Shown here piece after piece: positions 43,606-54,523 of a stretch of DNA of 64,000 nt. The position numbers and the translations under genes are program-made. The stretch's first letter is position 1; each line of letters begins with the position of its first letter. The notes under the pieces were generated by a model. That model worked only from the letters and a program-made list of their open reading frames with translations. It was not told where the DNA came from and did no database searches. Source of the DNA: Rebecca billardiae RCC1528 (taxonomy: Eukaryota > Protista > Haptophyta); contig OZ251245.1 of the NCBI GenBank assembly GCA_965240325.2, positions 744,001-808,000 on the forward strand, read 5' to 3'.

Positions 43606-46600
43606 TGTCAGGGAACGCGTCTCGAGGCTTGACGGTCGCGAGGTCGGTCGACGGCTTCGGCTCTTGTTTGCGGTGGTGCACAGCTTGTTTGTGCTGCGCT
43701 CGGCTCATGTTTCGTTCATTTCAGAAGCGCATCTGGAATGCTTCGAGATGTCGCCGCCAGGTCGCCGCCAGCCATGCTGTCCTGCTGTATTTTAGGATGA
43801 GGTTCAGGTTGATTTTGGAGGATTTTGTGCGAGCGCCGCCGCAGCGGTCGCGCCGCCACTGTGTGACTGCGAGTAAAATGTTGGATTGGAAATTGGAAAT
43901 CACTGTAGATTGGCGATTCCTTTGACACCCCCCCTCAATCCAATATGCGCTCGTCTGTGAGGACTAAGCTTGGATTATGAGTGATTTTGGGCTTGGTATT
44001 GTTTGTGCATCTGTGTGCATGAGTGAATTGGAGTCAGTAATGGTTGCCAATGCCAGGATACGGGTCATGTGCTGGGACTTCCGTGTGACGGTTTTGGGTA
44101 ACCCGAGTCAGTCCTGGGCTTATTTGCACCAAATGTAGTTCACTCTTTGGCCTTGATTTTGGACCTTGTTATTGGGTCATGCCCTGCCTTGATAGTCAAT
44201 CATAGGCATCCGGAGCAGGAATATCCAGGAAATGGATACGCTCCTTGGGAAATTTGTTGGCTCCCTTGTTTTTGCCTTTGTTGTAATTGTTGGCCTTGGG
44301 GCGTAGCTCTGGGTGGAGCTTCCAACACTGCTGGGCAGTATGGTTCTTGAGACCACAGTGAGTGCACCGTTTGCCGGTGTCCGAGTTATTCGGCCCGCTC
44401 TCGCCATTGGCTGGAGCCTTTTGGGCCTGAGCGGCGAAGACTTCGGCGCCCTCAAAGTCACCGCGTCGCCGCGTGCCTTGCTGATAATCGGCATTTTGGC
44501 GTATCTTGGAATAATTTTCGGTCTCTCTCCCCTTGGTATTGTTCTGATGGAGTAGCTTCATTGAGCCGTGCCGTTTGTAGGCATCTTCCATCTGGGCCAT
44601 TATCTGGTCAGTGTTATCCACACATTGCTCGGGCGTGAGCGCTCCGAAGTGCGAGATAACTGACTCGTAGACTTGGGGATGGTCGTGCATGCTGTTATAC
44701 AGCTTGAAGACCAACATCGTAGCATCGTCCAGATTCCCATATCGAGATGAGCGGACTTGCTCGACGGATTTCTTGATAATGTCCGATGCGCCAATGGGCG
44801 ACACCTTTGTCGGGTATAACTTCAGGAATTCATCCCTGAGTTCGGACATAGTTGTGATCTTGAGCTCGCGCTCAAATATCTGTAGCAGCAGCGCCAGATC
44901 CAAGTAGTTCTTGGTCGGATCGCTGATGTGCAGCTTCGATTCCAGATAGGCGAATAACTGAGGCTCGATAGAGTCCTTCAGCTGCTTGAATATCGCTGCC
45001 GCAGATCGATCGTAGACCGATCCGATCTTGTTGGCGTCAGCGTTGTCAGCCTTGTATGGATCGATTTTGGCTGCGTCTTTCACCCATTTGTCTTTGGCAA
45101 TGAGTTGAAAGCCGGATAGCTTGCTATCCTTGGGCTCCATTATGTCAGGTGTGACATCTGAGGATTTGCCCTTGTAGTAGGTGCTCACTTCTGCGAGTGC
45201 ATCCCGTATCGCGCTGTGTACCGCGCGCTTGGATTTCAGAGCCGACTGTGTCAGCTTGTGTGTGGCGGGTGTATCCACTCCTGCCGAGGATTCGCGTGCC
45301 ATGAACACACGTTCCTTCTTGGTTGGATTAGAGTCTGTGACTCCTCCTTCGATGACTATCCAGTCACGTTTCTTCGACTCAAGTGCATTGGTCGATGTGT
45401 CGCGCGCGCTCTGTGGCGATTCGCGCTCTACCTTCGAGCGAGGAGTGACCCTCGTCGAGGCTGTGGTGCCTTCTTTGGGCTTCTTCACGCTCGTTCTGTC
45501 CAGCGGTGATGCATGTGCATCCGCGGCAGCTTCGGCGGAATACTCTTCCTTGCAAGAGTGTGGCGTTGTGATGGCTGACGCAGCTGATGCATGCGCACGC
45601 GCGTCGCGCTCGCCAACTTGGTTTTGCTGCGGCTTTGCCGTCAAGCAGGTGTATGATGCCCCCCCTGCATCGTATGCGCTTCCTACGTTCGACGCAAGTC
45701 GATACGTGCCAGACGAGGACTCTGCCGTCTCTGCGGCGGTCATCTCGCGGCTGCTTGTGTCGCTCGTGGCGAGCAGCTCGGCTTCGGAAGCCATCGTGAG
45801 GCTTGTAGTTTTGGGGTAAACGTATTTGTTTGGGTCATCAGGCGCATCAACAATAAATGCGGCCGCTGACTTAATGCTTGAGCTCGCTGTGACAGAGTCA
45901 CGCGTCGTAGCATCTTGGAGCATAGTTTGCTCTGCCAGACCATACGGGTCGTTAGAGTCGCACTCATCGGTGCTAATGTCATCGTTCGATCGGTCAGACT
46001 CAGACACAGTGTCATGCGCGCGAGGCTGCAGACTGACTGCGGCGGTGGCACGACCTGCGCTGTCACAGGCGGCGGCCAGATGGCCAGCACGCGGAGCAGC
46101 GTCGGCAGGCTCGAGGGCCTCGACGGTCAAAGCGGCATCGGCGGCAGCAGCGTCGAGCGCTGCATCTGCCCCGGAACGCTTGGTGACCTCGTTCGATGAC
46201 TCGGAGGCAGCAAGGCACTCCTTGAGCTGCGGGCACTCGGCCTCGCGCTCAGCCGCGCTTGCGGGCGCCAAGTCCCGGGCGGTAGTTGTTGAGATCCCCT
46301 GCGCAACGACGTGCGTGCGGATGGAGTGGCGCGATGGCGGGGGATGCGAGCGGCAACGCTCCTCCTCACCGCGCTGTGCGCGAACCTCCTCCTCAAGGTG
46401 ATCCTTGATTGACTCGGCATGAATCCGGTCAACACGCGGTGCGATCGCACTCGACGCGTGGCTGCCTGAGTACAGGTCAGCGGTGTTGCCAGGCCCGTAA
46501 GCGCTGGAGATGGGCTTGCGGAGAAGCGTGAGCTTCTCGCCTTGCCGGTTCTTCTCAGCCTGCATGCCCCTCAGGGCAGCGGCGAGGTAGTCTGGCGTGC

Positions 46601-47090
46601 GCTTGCGCGCGATCGCCGATGAGCCGCGCGGCATTGCCGCGCGCTCTGCCACGCCTGGCTTCAACCCAATGAGGGGAGCAACTGGGGCGGGCTGATGGCC
46701 GTTCACGTCCTTGCCGCTGTTCTCGTCGTCTCCATCCTTGCCCAAGTTCTCCCAGCACCGTGCTAGCATGTCAGGGAACGCGTCTCGAGGCTTGACGGTC
46801 GCGAGGTCGGTCGACGGCTTCGGCTCTTGTTTGCGGTGGTGCACAGCTTGTTTGTGCTGCGCTCGGCTCATGTTTCGTTCATTTCAGAAGCGCATCTGGA
46901 ATGCTTCGAGATGTCGCCGCCAGGTCGCCGCCAGCCATGCTGTCCTGCTGTATTTTAGGATGAGGTTCAGGTTGATTTTGGAGGATTTTGTGCGAGCGCC
47001 GCCGCAGCGGTCGCGCCGCCACTGTGTGACTGCGAGTAAAATGTTGGATTGGAAATTGGAAATCACTGTAGATTGGCGATTCCTTTGACA
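43606..47090 (-). mobile_element. Gag-only Ty1/copia-type LTR retrotransposon, copy 2 (distinct LTR variant)
   Basis: 322-bp LTRs (43606-43927 and 46769-47090). TSD AAAAG. PPT at ~43928-43938. No pol. Confidence 0.96.
44196..46769 (-). CDS. gag: Extended Gag protein (857 aa; the frame extends into the LTR to an ATG at 46871)
   Basis: C-terminal half appears identical at protein level to copy 1; N-terminal part diverged. Confidence 0.88.
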   Translation of the reverse strand: MLARCWENLGKDGDDENSGKDVNGHQPAPVAPLIGLKPGVAERAAMPRGSSAIARKRTPDYLAAALRGMQAEKNRQGEKLTLLRKPISSAYGPGNTADLYSGSHASSAIAPRVDRIHAESIKDHLEEEVRAQRGEEERCRSHPPPSRHSIRTHVVAQGISTTTARDLAPASAAEREAECPQLKECLAASESSNEVTKRSGADAALDAAAADAALTVEALEPADAAPRAGHLAAACDSAGRATAAVSLQPRAHDTVSESDRSNDDISTDECDSNDPYGLAEQTMLQDATTRDSVTASSSIKSAAAFIVDAPDDPNKYVYPKTTSLTMASEAELLATSDTSSREMTAAETAESSSGTYRLASNVGSAYDAGGASYTCLTAKPQQNQVGERDARAHASAASAITTPHSCKEEYSAEAAADAHASPLDRTSVKKPKEGTTASTRVTPRSKVERESPQSARDTSTNALESKKRDWIVIEGGVTDSNPTKKERVFMARESSAGVDTPATHKLTQSALKSKRAVHSAIRDALAEVSTYYKGKSSDVTPDIMEPKDSKLSGFQLIAKDKWVKDAAKIDPYKADNADANKIGSVYDRSAAAIFKQLKDSIEPQLFAYLESKLHISDPTKNYLDLALLLQIFERELKITTMSELRDEFLKLYPTKVSPIGASDIIKKSVEQVRSSRYGNLDDATMLVFKLYNSMHDHPQVYESVISHFGALTPEQCVDNTDQIMAQMEDAYKRHGSMKLLHQNNTKGRETENYSKIRQNADYQQGTRRRGDFEGAEVFAAQAQKAPANGESGPNNSDTGKRCTHCGLKNHTAQQCWKLHPELRPKANNYNKGKNKGANKFPKERIHFLDIPAPDAYD

Positions 47091-47386
47091 AAAAGATCTT
47101 TTGATCAATAAAGAAAAGGGGATGGGGGACGATTTTGAGGGCTGTTGGAGGGTGCCAGTTTTCGATTTTTCGAGGGGTACGTTGGCCCATAGTGCTCTGC
47201 ATTAGCAACTACGCGCTTGACGAAATAAGCGCGCCCACGCCATTCCGCATAAGTCGATGGACGGACGTGGGATCAGATACCCCGGGGGTGAAACAAGTGA
47301 GTATTTATTTTGTCATTCTTGTATGCTGGAGTACGAGTTTGCCGAGCGACGCTTGATTGTTTTGGGTCGAAAACAGCTATGAGGCC

Positions 47387-47638
47387 AGATTCTTTTGAAT
47401 AGCGCTTGCGAAAAGAAGTTACCCGCCTGTCTCGATGGATGAACCGCCTCATGGTATTGAAAGAGATTCTTTTGAATAGCGCTTTTAAACCAAGTTACCC
47501 ACCTGTCTCGTTGGATGAACCTCCTCATCATATTGAAGAGATTCTTTTGAATAGCGCTATTTAAAGCCAGTTACCCGCTTGCCTCGATGGATGAACCGCC
47601 TTGATAATTGAATAGCGCTTGTCACAACCAAGTTACCC
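47387..47638. repeat. AT-rich minisatellite, ~76-bp unit x ~3.4
   Basis: AGATTCTTTTGAATAGCGCT-N9-11-AGTTACCC…GGATGAACC units start at 47387, 47464 and 47539, with a partial unit at ~47608. Confidence 0.9.
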
Positions 47639-47709
47639 GGCCCCGCCTGTCAGCTGTCTCGTGCTCGCGAGCGGCGCGACGACATCGGGCCATCCGGGCC
47701 CGAGCGAGG

Positions 47710-48285
47710 ATGCCGCCTTCCGAAAGGCGCGCACCGAGTGCGTGCGCGACGGGTGCCGGCCGGCCGCTGGTCTCGACCTATCGCCCTCGGCCCTCCCCGA
47801 GCGCGCCTGCAGGTACCTCCGGACGCGCATTCGGCTTGCTCACTCGATCAGCTCACTCACAGCTGCCGGTCACGCAGCCGCGCGGCGCCGCCCCGCGACC
47901 AGGTCCGCGGCCCAAAGTGTGTGTGCGCGCCGCGCCGGTGCCCTCGCGCCGGTGGCGTGGGCTGGCTGGCCGCTGGTCTCGCCCACGCGCCCCACTCGCC
48001 CCAAGCGCGCAACGCCTGCGGGAAGCGCCGGCACCATACCTACCTAACCTGCGCGTCGACGCCCCGGTCCCGCCGCGGCCCGCGCCTCGATCGATCGTCG
48101 ATCGGACCGCGTGCGTGCGACTCCGTCCGCGCCCGCGCGCAGGGTGGGAGGGGCTGATGCAGGAGCAGATGCAGGACTACCTCGACATTGCACGCGACGA
48201 GGAGGTGCCCAGCGCGCACTTTACGCTGCGCGCATCATCGAGTGGTCGCCCAGCGAGCGCGGCAGCTGGCCACCGGGCCGGCTGA
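47710..48285 (+). CDS. Hypothetical protein
   Basis: ATG-initiated ORF with a coding-like 3' part (GWEGLMQEQMQDYLDIARDEEVP). No family recognised. Confidence 0.35.
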   Translation: MPPSERRAPSACATGAGRPLVSTYRPRPSPSAPAGTSGRAFGLLTRSAHSQLPVTQPRGAAPRPGPRPKVCVRAAPVPSRRWRGLAGRWSRPRAPLAPSAQRLREAPAPYLPNLRVDAPVPPRPAPRSIVDRTACVRLRPRPRAGWEGLMQEQMQDYLDIARDEEVPSAHFTLRASSSGRPASAAAGHRAG

Positions 48286-49380
48286 CGGCGGGCGCAGCTG
48301 CCAGCTGCGGACGCGCAGCGGGCGCGGAGTGGAAGCCGGCGCAGCGGCCGGGCAGCGGCGGCCGGCGCGGCAGCACGCTCGTATACATCGCGGCAGCTAC
48401 CGCCGTCGTGCGGGGAAAGCACACGCTCTCGGCGGCTTCCAAGATGCCGACGGGCCACGGCGTGCACTCCGTGCAGGCTGCGTGCGCGCTGCAGTGGCTG
48501 TGTCGAGCTGCTGCGGCGTGTGCTCGAGGCGCGGCGCTCGCACGGGCTACGCGGGCGCAGCGGGTGCGCGCAGCTGGCGCACGCAGTGCCACGTCCTGCG
48601 GCGCCAGTTTGGCGGCCGTCCGCCCCCCCGAGCTCGAGTTCTGCGCGCTTTGCGACGGCGCGGCCGGCAGCGCCCATCTGCCTGCTTGCTTGGGCACGCC
48701 GCAGCATGTCCGCCGCCGGGCCTGCTGCGCGCGCCGAAGCTGGAGGGCGGAGGAGGGCGCTGGGCTGCTCCTACGGCGTGCTGCAGCCCGGGCAGGCTCT
48801 ACCGCGGCGCGGCGAGGCCGTCGCGCCTGCTCGCCGCCGTCGAGTCGCCCGTGCTGCGTGACCCTCGGCCGCACGTGCTCGCTCGGCGGCACCGCAGCAG
48901 GCGTCCCATACCAGTATACTCGAGCCGCTGTGCGCACCCAAGGCGCGAGCTGCTCGAGCGGGCCAGGTGGGCCCAGGGGGTGCGTGCAGCTGGCACACGC
49001 AGCCCCGGCCCGTGTCATGGGGTGTCGGTTTGACGGTCGCCAGCCCCTGTGGGCTCGAGCGCTGTGCGCTTCACCACGGAGGTGCTGGCAGCGCCCCGCG
49101 GCGCGCAACGGCGGGGCAGCATGGCCGCCGCCGGCGCCGCCGCACATGCCGCCGCTTACGGGCAGTCGAGAGCTTGGGGCAGCACCTACGGCGCATGCTG
49201 CAGCTCGGGGCGGGCTCTGCCAGCCTGCTGTGGCGTGATCGCGCATTTTCCAGACCGTCGACTCGCCCGCGCTGCATAATATTCCATTATTATTCGTTTG
49301 CCGCGCGTGCTCGACGGCGCTCCGCGCTGCTGCTGCCGCTACGGCCGCGCGTTGGACGGACAGCATATGCCGACGGAGGG

Positions 49381-49437
49381 TGCACCGCGGGCCCCTAACT
49401 ACGTTGGTTCTACGGAAGGACCGCGGAACGCGGTCAT
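49381..49437 (+). repeat. Dispersed repeat R2, with an inverted partner at 56110-56177; contains hairpin GACCGCG-GAA-CGCGGTC
   Basis: TGCACCGCGGGCCCCTAACTACGTTGGTTCTACGGAAGGACCGCGGAACGCGGTCAT aligns to the reverse complement of 56110-56177 with small insertions. Confidence 0.75.
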
Positions 49438-50150
49438 TATTAGTAAATTCTGTACGCGAGTCACGACGAAGATCGATGCAGCGCGCCTGACGCGGGCGGC
49501 ATCAGCCGGCGCGCGGCAACGTCGCGGTTGGCCGACCTGGCGCCCGATCTGATTGAGCGCGTGCTCAGCTTCATCACAAGTGCGCGCGACCTCGCAGCCG
49601 CCAACACCGCCACGCGCCTCTTTTAAGACTCTTTCGGGGACCACCACGGGCACCAGTCCGGAGAGCGTGCTACACGCTCGCGCACGCGCTCGCGGGCATG
49701 CGCACATGCTGCCCTCGGCGCTGCCCGCGGGCATGTGCACGTGGACGGAGGAGCTGTTCGCCCGCGAGCGAGTGCTCGAGCTCTCGCGTGCGCACGCGCA
49801 GTCCCTGGGCGTTGGCAGCCTGGGGGATTCGTGTAGCACGAGTGTGTTCCTAAGCACGGACTGATTCAGCAGCGGCTTCAGCAGATTCAGCAGCATCAGC
49901 AGAGTTGTAGTACATCAGCATACTACGACGTATATACATATATATATATAGGATTCTGCTGATCATCGCAACACTGCTGCTGGCTGTCTCAGACTCAGGC
50001 AGCGCCAGCCCGGCGCGGGGCCCGCAGGCCCGCAGGCCCGCAGCCGCCCCACAGCCGCCGCAGCCGCCCGGCCGCGAGTGAGCGCGTAGTCGGCCCGTAA
50101 GTGCCATGCGCGTCACATAATGTTGATGCGCCGGGCACGCGAGGTCAGAG

Positions 50151-50966
50151 TCACCGCCTTTGGCCTCCCGACTTGCCCTCCCCACCGCCACGCTCGCGCC
50201 CTGCGCCGCTGTCACGAGTGCCGTCTGCTGTGGGCCTCGTCGCCTCCTGGAAGGCGGCGGACGCGCGGTAGGCTCTCGCCTGTCGCACGCAGGCGCGCGT
50301 CCGCGCGTCCGGCTCGAGTCCACGCTCCTCCATCAGCCTGAAGCACTCGAGCGCCTCGCCCACGCGGCCGTGCGCGACACACGCGCCAAACCACTTGTTG
50401 CATGCGGCGGCGTCCAGAGCGTGCACCTCCTTCAGATGGGCGAAGACCGCCGCGGCCTGGCGGATGTGCGCGCGGCCGACCAGGGCGGCGAGGAGCAGCG
50501 CGCCCGTTCGCGCCTCAAGCACCGCCGGGCGCACGTGGCGCACCGCGAGGAAGAGCGCGAGCGCGCCCCCAAGCTCGCGCGCGCGCAGCATGGCGCGCAT
50601 GCGCTCGTTCAGCTCGTCCGCGTCGTGCGATTCGACCTCCACGCCCGACCTGAGCTCGAGGTCGTACGCCGCGCGCTTCTCCGGGACGGAGAGCACCGAG
50701 TACGCGGCGGACACCTCGCTGAACGCGTCGCTATCGCTCTCCGCCACGTCCGGGTGCTGCTCCTTTGCGAGCTCGTAGTACCTCGACTTGATCTCGGCCT
50801 CACTCGCCGCTCGGCTCACGCCCAGCACGTCGTAGTGCGTGCGGGCGCCGCCAAGGCGGCTGGCGGGCGTAGTGCAGAGCGCTCTGGCCAGCGGGCGCGC
50901 GACTATTGCCTTGCGGGGGCATGCCAGCGCGGCTGCGCCGCCCGCGCGCCACGCCAGCCGCAACAT
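50151..50966 (-). CDS. Mitochondrion-targeted J-domain protein with C-terminal PPR-like repeats
   Basis: Arg/Ala/Leu-rich presequence; J domain THYDVLGV…HPD…FSEVSAAYSVLS…RAAYD; PPR-like motif ACNKWFGACVAHGRVGEALECFRLMEERGLEPD. Confidence 0.85.
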   Translation of the reverse strand: MLRLAWRAGGAAALACPRKAIVARPLARALCTTPASRLGGARTHYDVLGVSRAASEAEIKSRYYELAKEQHPDVAESDSDAFSEVSAAYSVLSVPEKRAAYDLELRSGVEVESHDADELNERMRAMLRARELGGALALFLAVRHVRPAVLEARTGALLLAALVGRAHIRQAAAVFAHLKEVHALDAAACNKWFGACVAHGRVGEALECFRLMEERGLEPDARTRACVRQARAYRASAAFQEATRPTADGTRDSGAGRERGGGEGKSGGQRR

Positions 50967-51091
50967 CGACCCAGTCTGGAGTCTTTCCCGCGCCGGCGCC
51001 GGACGCCTGCCTCGGCTCTAGTCGGCAGCGCGCTTGCATCGGCGCAAACACCGAGCGATCACTCCATGATGGCGGCCCGGGCAGCACGACG

Positions 51092-51595
51092 ATGAGGCTC
51101 CTCTTCGTGGTGCCCATCCTTGCGATGAGCGCGGCCACTGCAGGCCTCATTGCGTCGTGGCGCGCGTTTGGCGGCGGAGAGTCCGCCAGCGTCCGGCTGC
51201 GCTCGCGGCGGCAAGTCCACCCGTTGCACCTCCTCACCTCTGAGGAGTGCGGCACCGAGGCGCACGCCGACCTGCGTGGCCGCTCGCTCAACTGGGGCCT
51301 GACGGATCGGCAGCCCACGGCGGAGGCGTGCTGCGCGCTCTGCCTGGCGAAGAGCGAGTGCAACAGCTGGGTGTGGTGTGGCCACGACCTCTGCTGGTCC
51401 GCGGACATATGGAACCACAGCCTGGGCGAGTGCTGGCTGAAGGTCCGGGAAGACCCCGACTCGCCGGATTACATCCGGCGCGGCCGCATCAAGGCCGAGT
51501 TCCGCGCGGTGCACAAGACGGCGCCGGAGATGGTCGACTGGACTGCGGGCGTGCTCAGAAGGAGCCGGCGGCGAGCTCTACCGTCGGCCGGGTGA
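51092..51595 (+). CDS. Small secreted or anchored Apple/PAN-domain protein
   Basis: Signal MRLLFVVPILAMSAA; cysteine pattern TAEACCALC…CNSWVWC…C…GECWLK…WTAGV. Confidence 0.75.
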   Translation: MRLLFVVPILAMSAATAGLIASWRAFGGGESASVRLRSRRQVHPLHLLTSEECGTEAHADLRGRSLNWGLTDRQPTAEACCALCLAKSECNSWVWCGHDLCWSADIWNHSLGECWLKVREDPDSPDYIRRGRIKAEFRAVHKTAPEMVDWTAGVLRRSRRRALPSAG

Positions 51596-52023
51596 GTGCC
51601 GGACCCGGCTGGCTGGCGCACGCAGTCCTCCTGCGTCAGACCGTCGTGTTTCCCGGCACGTGACAGTCCCAGACCTGTGACAGCGGTACGCGGGTGGTGC
51701 CGTTGCACGGTGCACGTTTGGCGCGTGCCAGTCCGTGATATGTGGCGGCAGCTAGCGCGGGACGCGTGGAATGTGTGACTCGTTATTGTGAGTTCGTCGC
51801 GATCTCAAAGCTAGGTGCCGCCGAAAAGCCCGGCCGCCGCGGCGCCATCATTTTCAGCCTCCAAACGACGCGCAGCAACGACCGAATTTTGGGAGGGCGC
51901 ACGCGCGCCCGGTGTTTCGTCAGACTGGGCCAGCCGCCGCCGCCGGCCTACCGCCACAGCAGAAAGCGCAAGGGCTGCGGAAGCATTCGAGCGTTTGCTG
52001 CTGCGGGTGCAGGGGCTGGCGGC

Positions 52024-52455
52024 ATGATGATGCCGGTGCGAACGGCCGGCCTTCTCATCTCGGCTGCGGCCACCATGTCGATGCAGCAGCCTCCGAGCGG
52101 CGATACACTGGCCTTCCACACTCTTCGACCGTCACCGAGGAGACTCGGCCGGCGCACTTCGGCGTCGGCATTCGCTCAGCCCGAGCAAGCAGAACCAGGT
52201 GGGGGCAATGTCAGATTGATCAAAATCATCGGAGAGCAGTGTGGCGAAGCCGTCGTGCCTCCGGAGATCGAGCCTTTTGCGAGCCGCTTCGCAGGCCTCC
52301 GGCGCGGCAGCTGCGCGAAAATTGGGTACACCGTGGAGACTTCTCTGAAAGTGATTCGCGCGCCCGTCATCGGCGAAATCAGCGTCCGCCTCTTCACGCA
52401 GGCGGCCGAAGCTGTCGCCGGCGCGGGCGAGGGCGGCACCGACTTTGAGGTGTGA
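52024..52455 (+). CDS. Hypothetical small secreted protein
   Basis: Signal-like N-terminus and a globular two-Cys domain (QCGEAVVP…RRGSCAKIGYT). Confidence 0.55.
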   Translation: MMMPVRTAGLLISAAATMSMQQPPSGDTLAFHTLRPSPRRLGRRTSASAFAQPEQAEPGGGNVRLIKIIGEQCGEAVVPPEIEPFASRFAGLRRGSCAKIGYTVETSLKVIRAPVIGEISVRLFTQAAEAVAGAGEGGTDFEV

Positions 52456-52867
52456 TCGCCCCGTGGCGTATGTCGATGATCCCTCTGGCTCTCCGCAGCT
52501 GATCCGTGCCCGGCAGACCGTTCTCGGTGAGTGATGTCGCGGTCAGTCTGCGCTCTGAGGCTGAGCGCTGCGCTGCGCGTGCTGCCAGTTGGGCGTGGAG
52601 CAGTTCCCCTGAAGGCGATTGCGCTCGCCAGGGGCGGCCGCCGGCAAGCGGCGGCGCAGGGCGTGCTGCCAGCGTCACTACTAAGACTCTGCTAGATACA
52701 GTCGTCTAGACAGTGTCACTGTCACAGCCGGCATACTGACTTATAATAGTGATACTCCCGAGCTCGACTGAAATAGACGAGGGGGTTTGGCCTGCCCAGC
52801 GCCGTCCAATATTGCGAGCGAGGGCCGTCGTCGTCGCCGACGACAAACCGCTTCTTCCGTTCCGACG

Positions 52868-54178
52868 ATGCCGCGCGGTGCGCTCGCGGTCGGGCTGGCG
52901 CTGCTGGCCGGCGGTGCGACGGGTGCGCTGGTGCCCATCCGTCGCGGCGGCCCGGTCCTCTCGCCTCGAGCGGCCGCCGCGCGCCCGGCGCTTTGCAGGT
53001 CCGTGGCCTCGCGCGCGTCGCCGCTTGCCTCAGCGGAGCTCGCGCATCCGCTCGTCGAGCTCGCGTCGGCGATCCCCTCCACGCGTGCGGAGGCGGAGGC
53101 ACTCGCAGGCCCCTTCTTCGGCGCGTCGCTCTTCCCGTACCTCGCCTTCATCTACTTTTTGAACACGGCGGAGGCGAACACGCCTCGCGGCGTCGTCGTC
53201 GGCTTCGCGTACTGCCTCGTGTTCGTGTTCGGCTCGATCCCCGCGGCGATCGGCGCGGAGCTGCTCTTCGGCGTGTCGCTCGCCGACTGCGACTGGTTGC
53301 ACGGTGCCGCCGAGTCGCTGCTCACCGTGACCAACCTGCTCACCGTGCTCGCGCTTCGGGACGCGATCGCCGGCGCGGACGACGCGCCGCCCGGCGAGCG
53401 CCAGCAGCCGTGGGCGCCGTGGGTGCTGCTCGGCGGCGCGATGGGCGCGCTGAGCGCGGTCTCGGCGGCCGTGCCGGCGCTCGCGAGCGCGCCCGTGCAC
53501 GAGCCCTTCCTCGGCGGGCTCGGCGACCTCCCCGCCGGGCTGCTCCCGCTGCCGCACGCCGAGCCCGCCAACGCCCTCTCGGTCCCGTGCTGGTTGATCC
53601 ACACAACCTCGCTCATCGAGTGGCTCGCGGCGATGACGTACGTGTGGAAGTGGGCGGACGTGTCGGGCAACCCGCGGTGGCGCGGGCTCGTCTGGGCGAT
53701 GATCCCGCTGCACTCCTCCGGCCTCTGCGCCGTCACCTACCACGTGCTGTACAACTCGGTGTACGCGCTGCTGCCGCTGCAGGCGGCACTCACGGCCGTC
53801 GGCAACACGTGCTGCGCGTACGCGGCGTGGCGCGTCGCGGCGGAGGGCGGGTGGCGCTTCGAGGGCGCGGTGGCGCGGTGGCGCGATGGCGGCGAGGACG
53901 GCGCGGCCGACACGCCCGCGCCCGCTGGCGCCCCCGCCTCGGCGCAGCCGCGCGCGCTGAGCGAGACCGCACTCGAGGCGGCGCCCTTCATCGCAGAGCT
54001 GTTCGGCTTCTGCCTGCTGGGCTGCTACGTGCTCAAGTATGGCGAGCTCTTCGCGCTGCCCTCGGTGCAGTCGGCCGGGATCGGCAGCGCGTGCGCCGCG
54101 ATCCTCGGGCTCACCACCCTCAACGTGGTCAAATGGGCGCGCCGCTCGGCAGACCCGGAGATCGACGGCTGGCTGTGA
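52868..54178 (+). CDS. Plastid-targeted DUF3593 + DUF2499 (Ycf49-like) membrane protein
   Basis: Bipartite targeting peptide; DUF3593-like SLFPYLAFIYFL…SLADCDWLHGAAESLLT; DUF2499-like ALSVPCWLIHTTSLIEW…WAMIPLHSSGLCAVTYH. Confidence 0.82.
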   Translation: MPRGALAVGLALLAGGATGALVPIRRGGPVLSPRAAAARPALCRSVASRASPLASAELAHPLVELASAIPSTRAEAEALAGPFFGASLFPYLAFIYFLNTAEANTPRGVVVGFAYCLVFVFGSIPAAIGAELLFGVSLADCDWLHGAAESLLTVTNLLTVLALRDAIAGADDAPPGERQQPWAPWVLLGGAMGALSAVSAAVPALASAPVHEPFLGGLGDLPAGLLPLPHAEPANALSVPCWLIHTTSLIEWLAAMTYVWKWADVSGNPRWRGLVWAMIPLHSSGLCAVTYHVLYNSVYALLPLQAALTAVGNTCCAYAAWRVAAEGGWRFEGAVARWRDGGEDGAADTPAPAGAPASAQPRALSETALEAAPFIAELFGFCLLGCYVLKYGELFALPSVQSAGIGSACAAILGLTTLNVVKWARRSADPEIDGWL

Positions 54179-54523
54179 AGTGCACAGGCCGAAGTTCACT
54201 CTCGCTCTGCCTCGGTGCTCCTGAGTCAGAGTGGTGGAGATCGAAGGGTGCGCAGAAGGCTGACGACGACGGTCAGCTTTTATTACTCTCCGCCTAGTCT
54301 CACCGATCTAGAAGTAGTGTACCCCATATCAGATCAGTCGAATCTCTAGCCAAATGAGAGATGCCGAGACATAGGGAACCGAGCCTGAGCTGTTTTGTTC
54401 AGGGCTGATGAGTGGAGAGTCGGAAATGCGTCCTAGACAACCCTAGCGCGGAATTACGCGACTTTCCGACCCCGACACGCGGTGCGCGGCCCACGGGGGG
54501 TGGTTGAAGCTCGGCGCGCGTGG

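Noticed and set aside
40029-47090. Assembly fold-back artefact or DIRS-type inverted-LTR element
   Set aside because: Each half has its own direct LTR pair, TSD and PPT, and the halves differ in LTR length and N-terminal sequence.
47387-47638. CRISPR-like array
   Set aside because: The variable segments are only 9-11 bp, the rest of each unit is homologous, there are no cas genes, and the context is eukaryotic.
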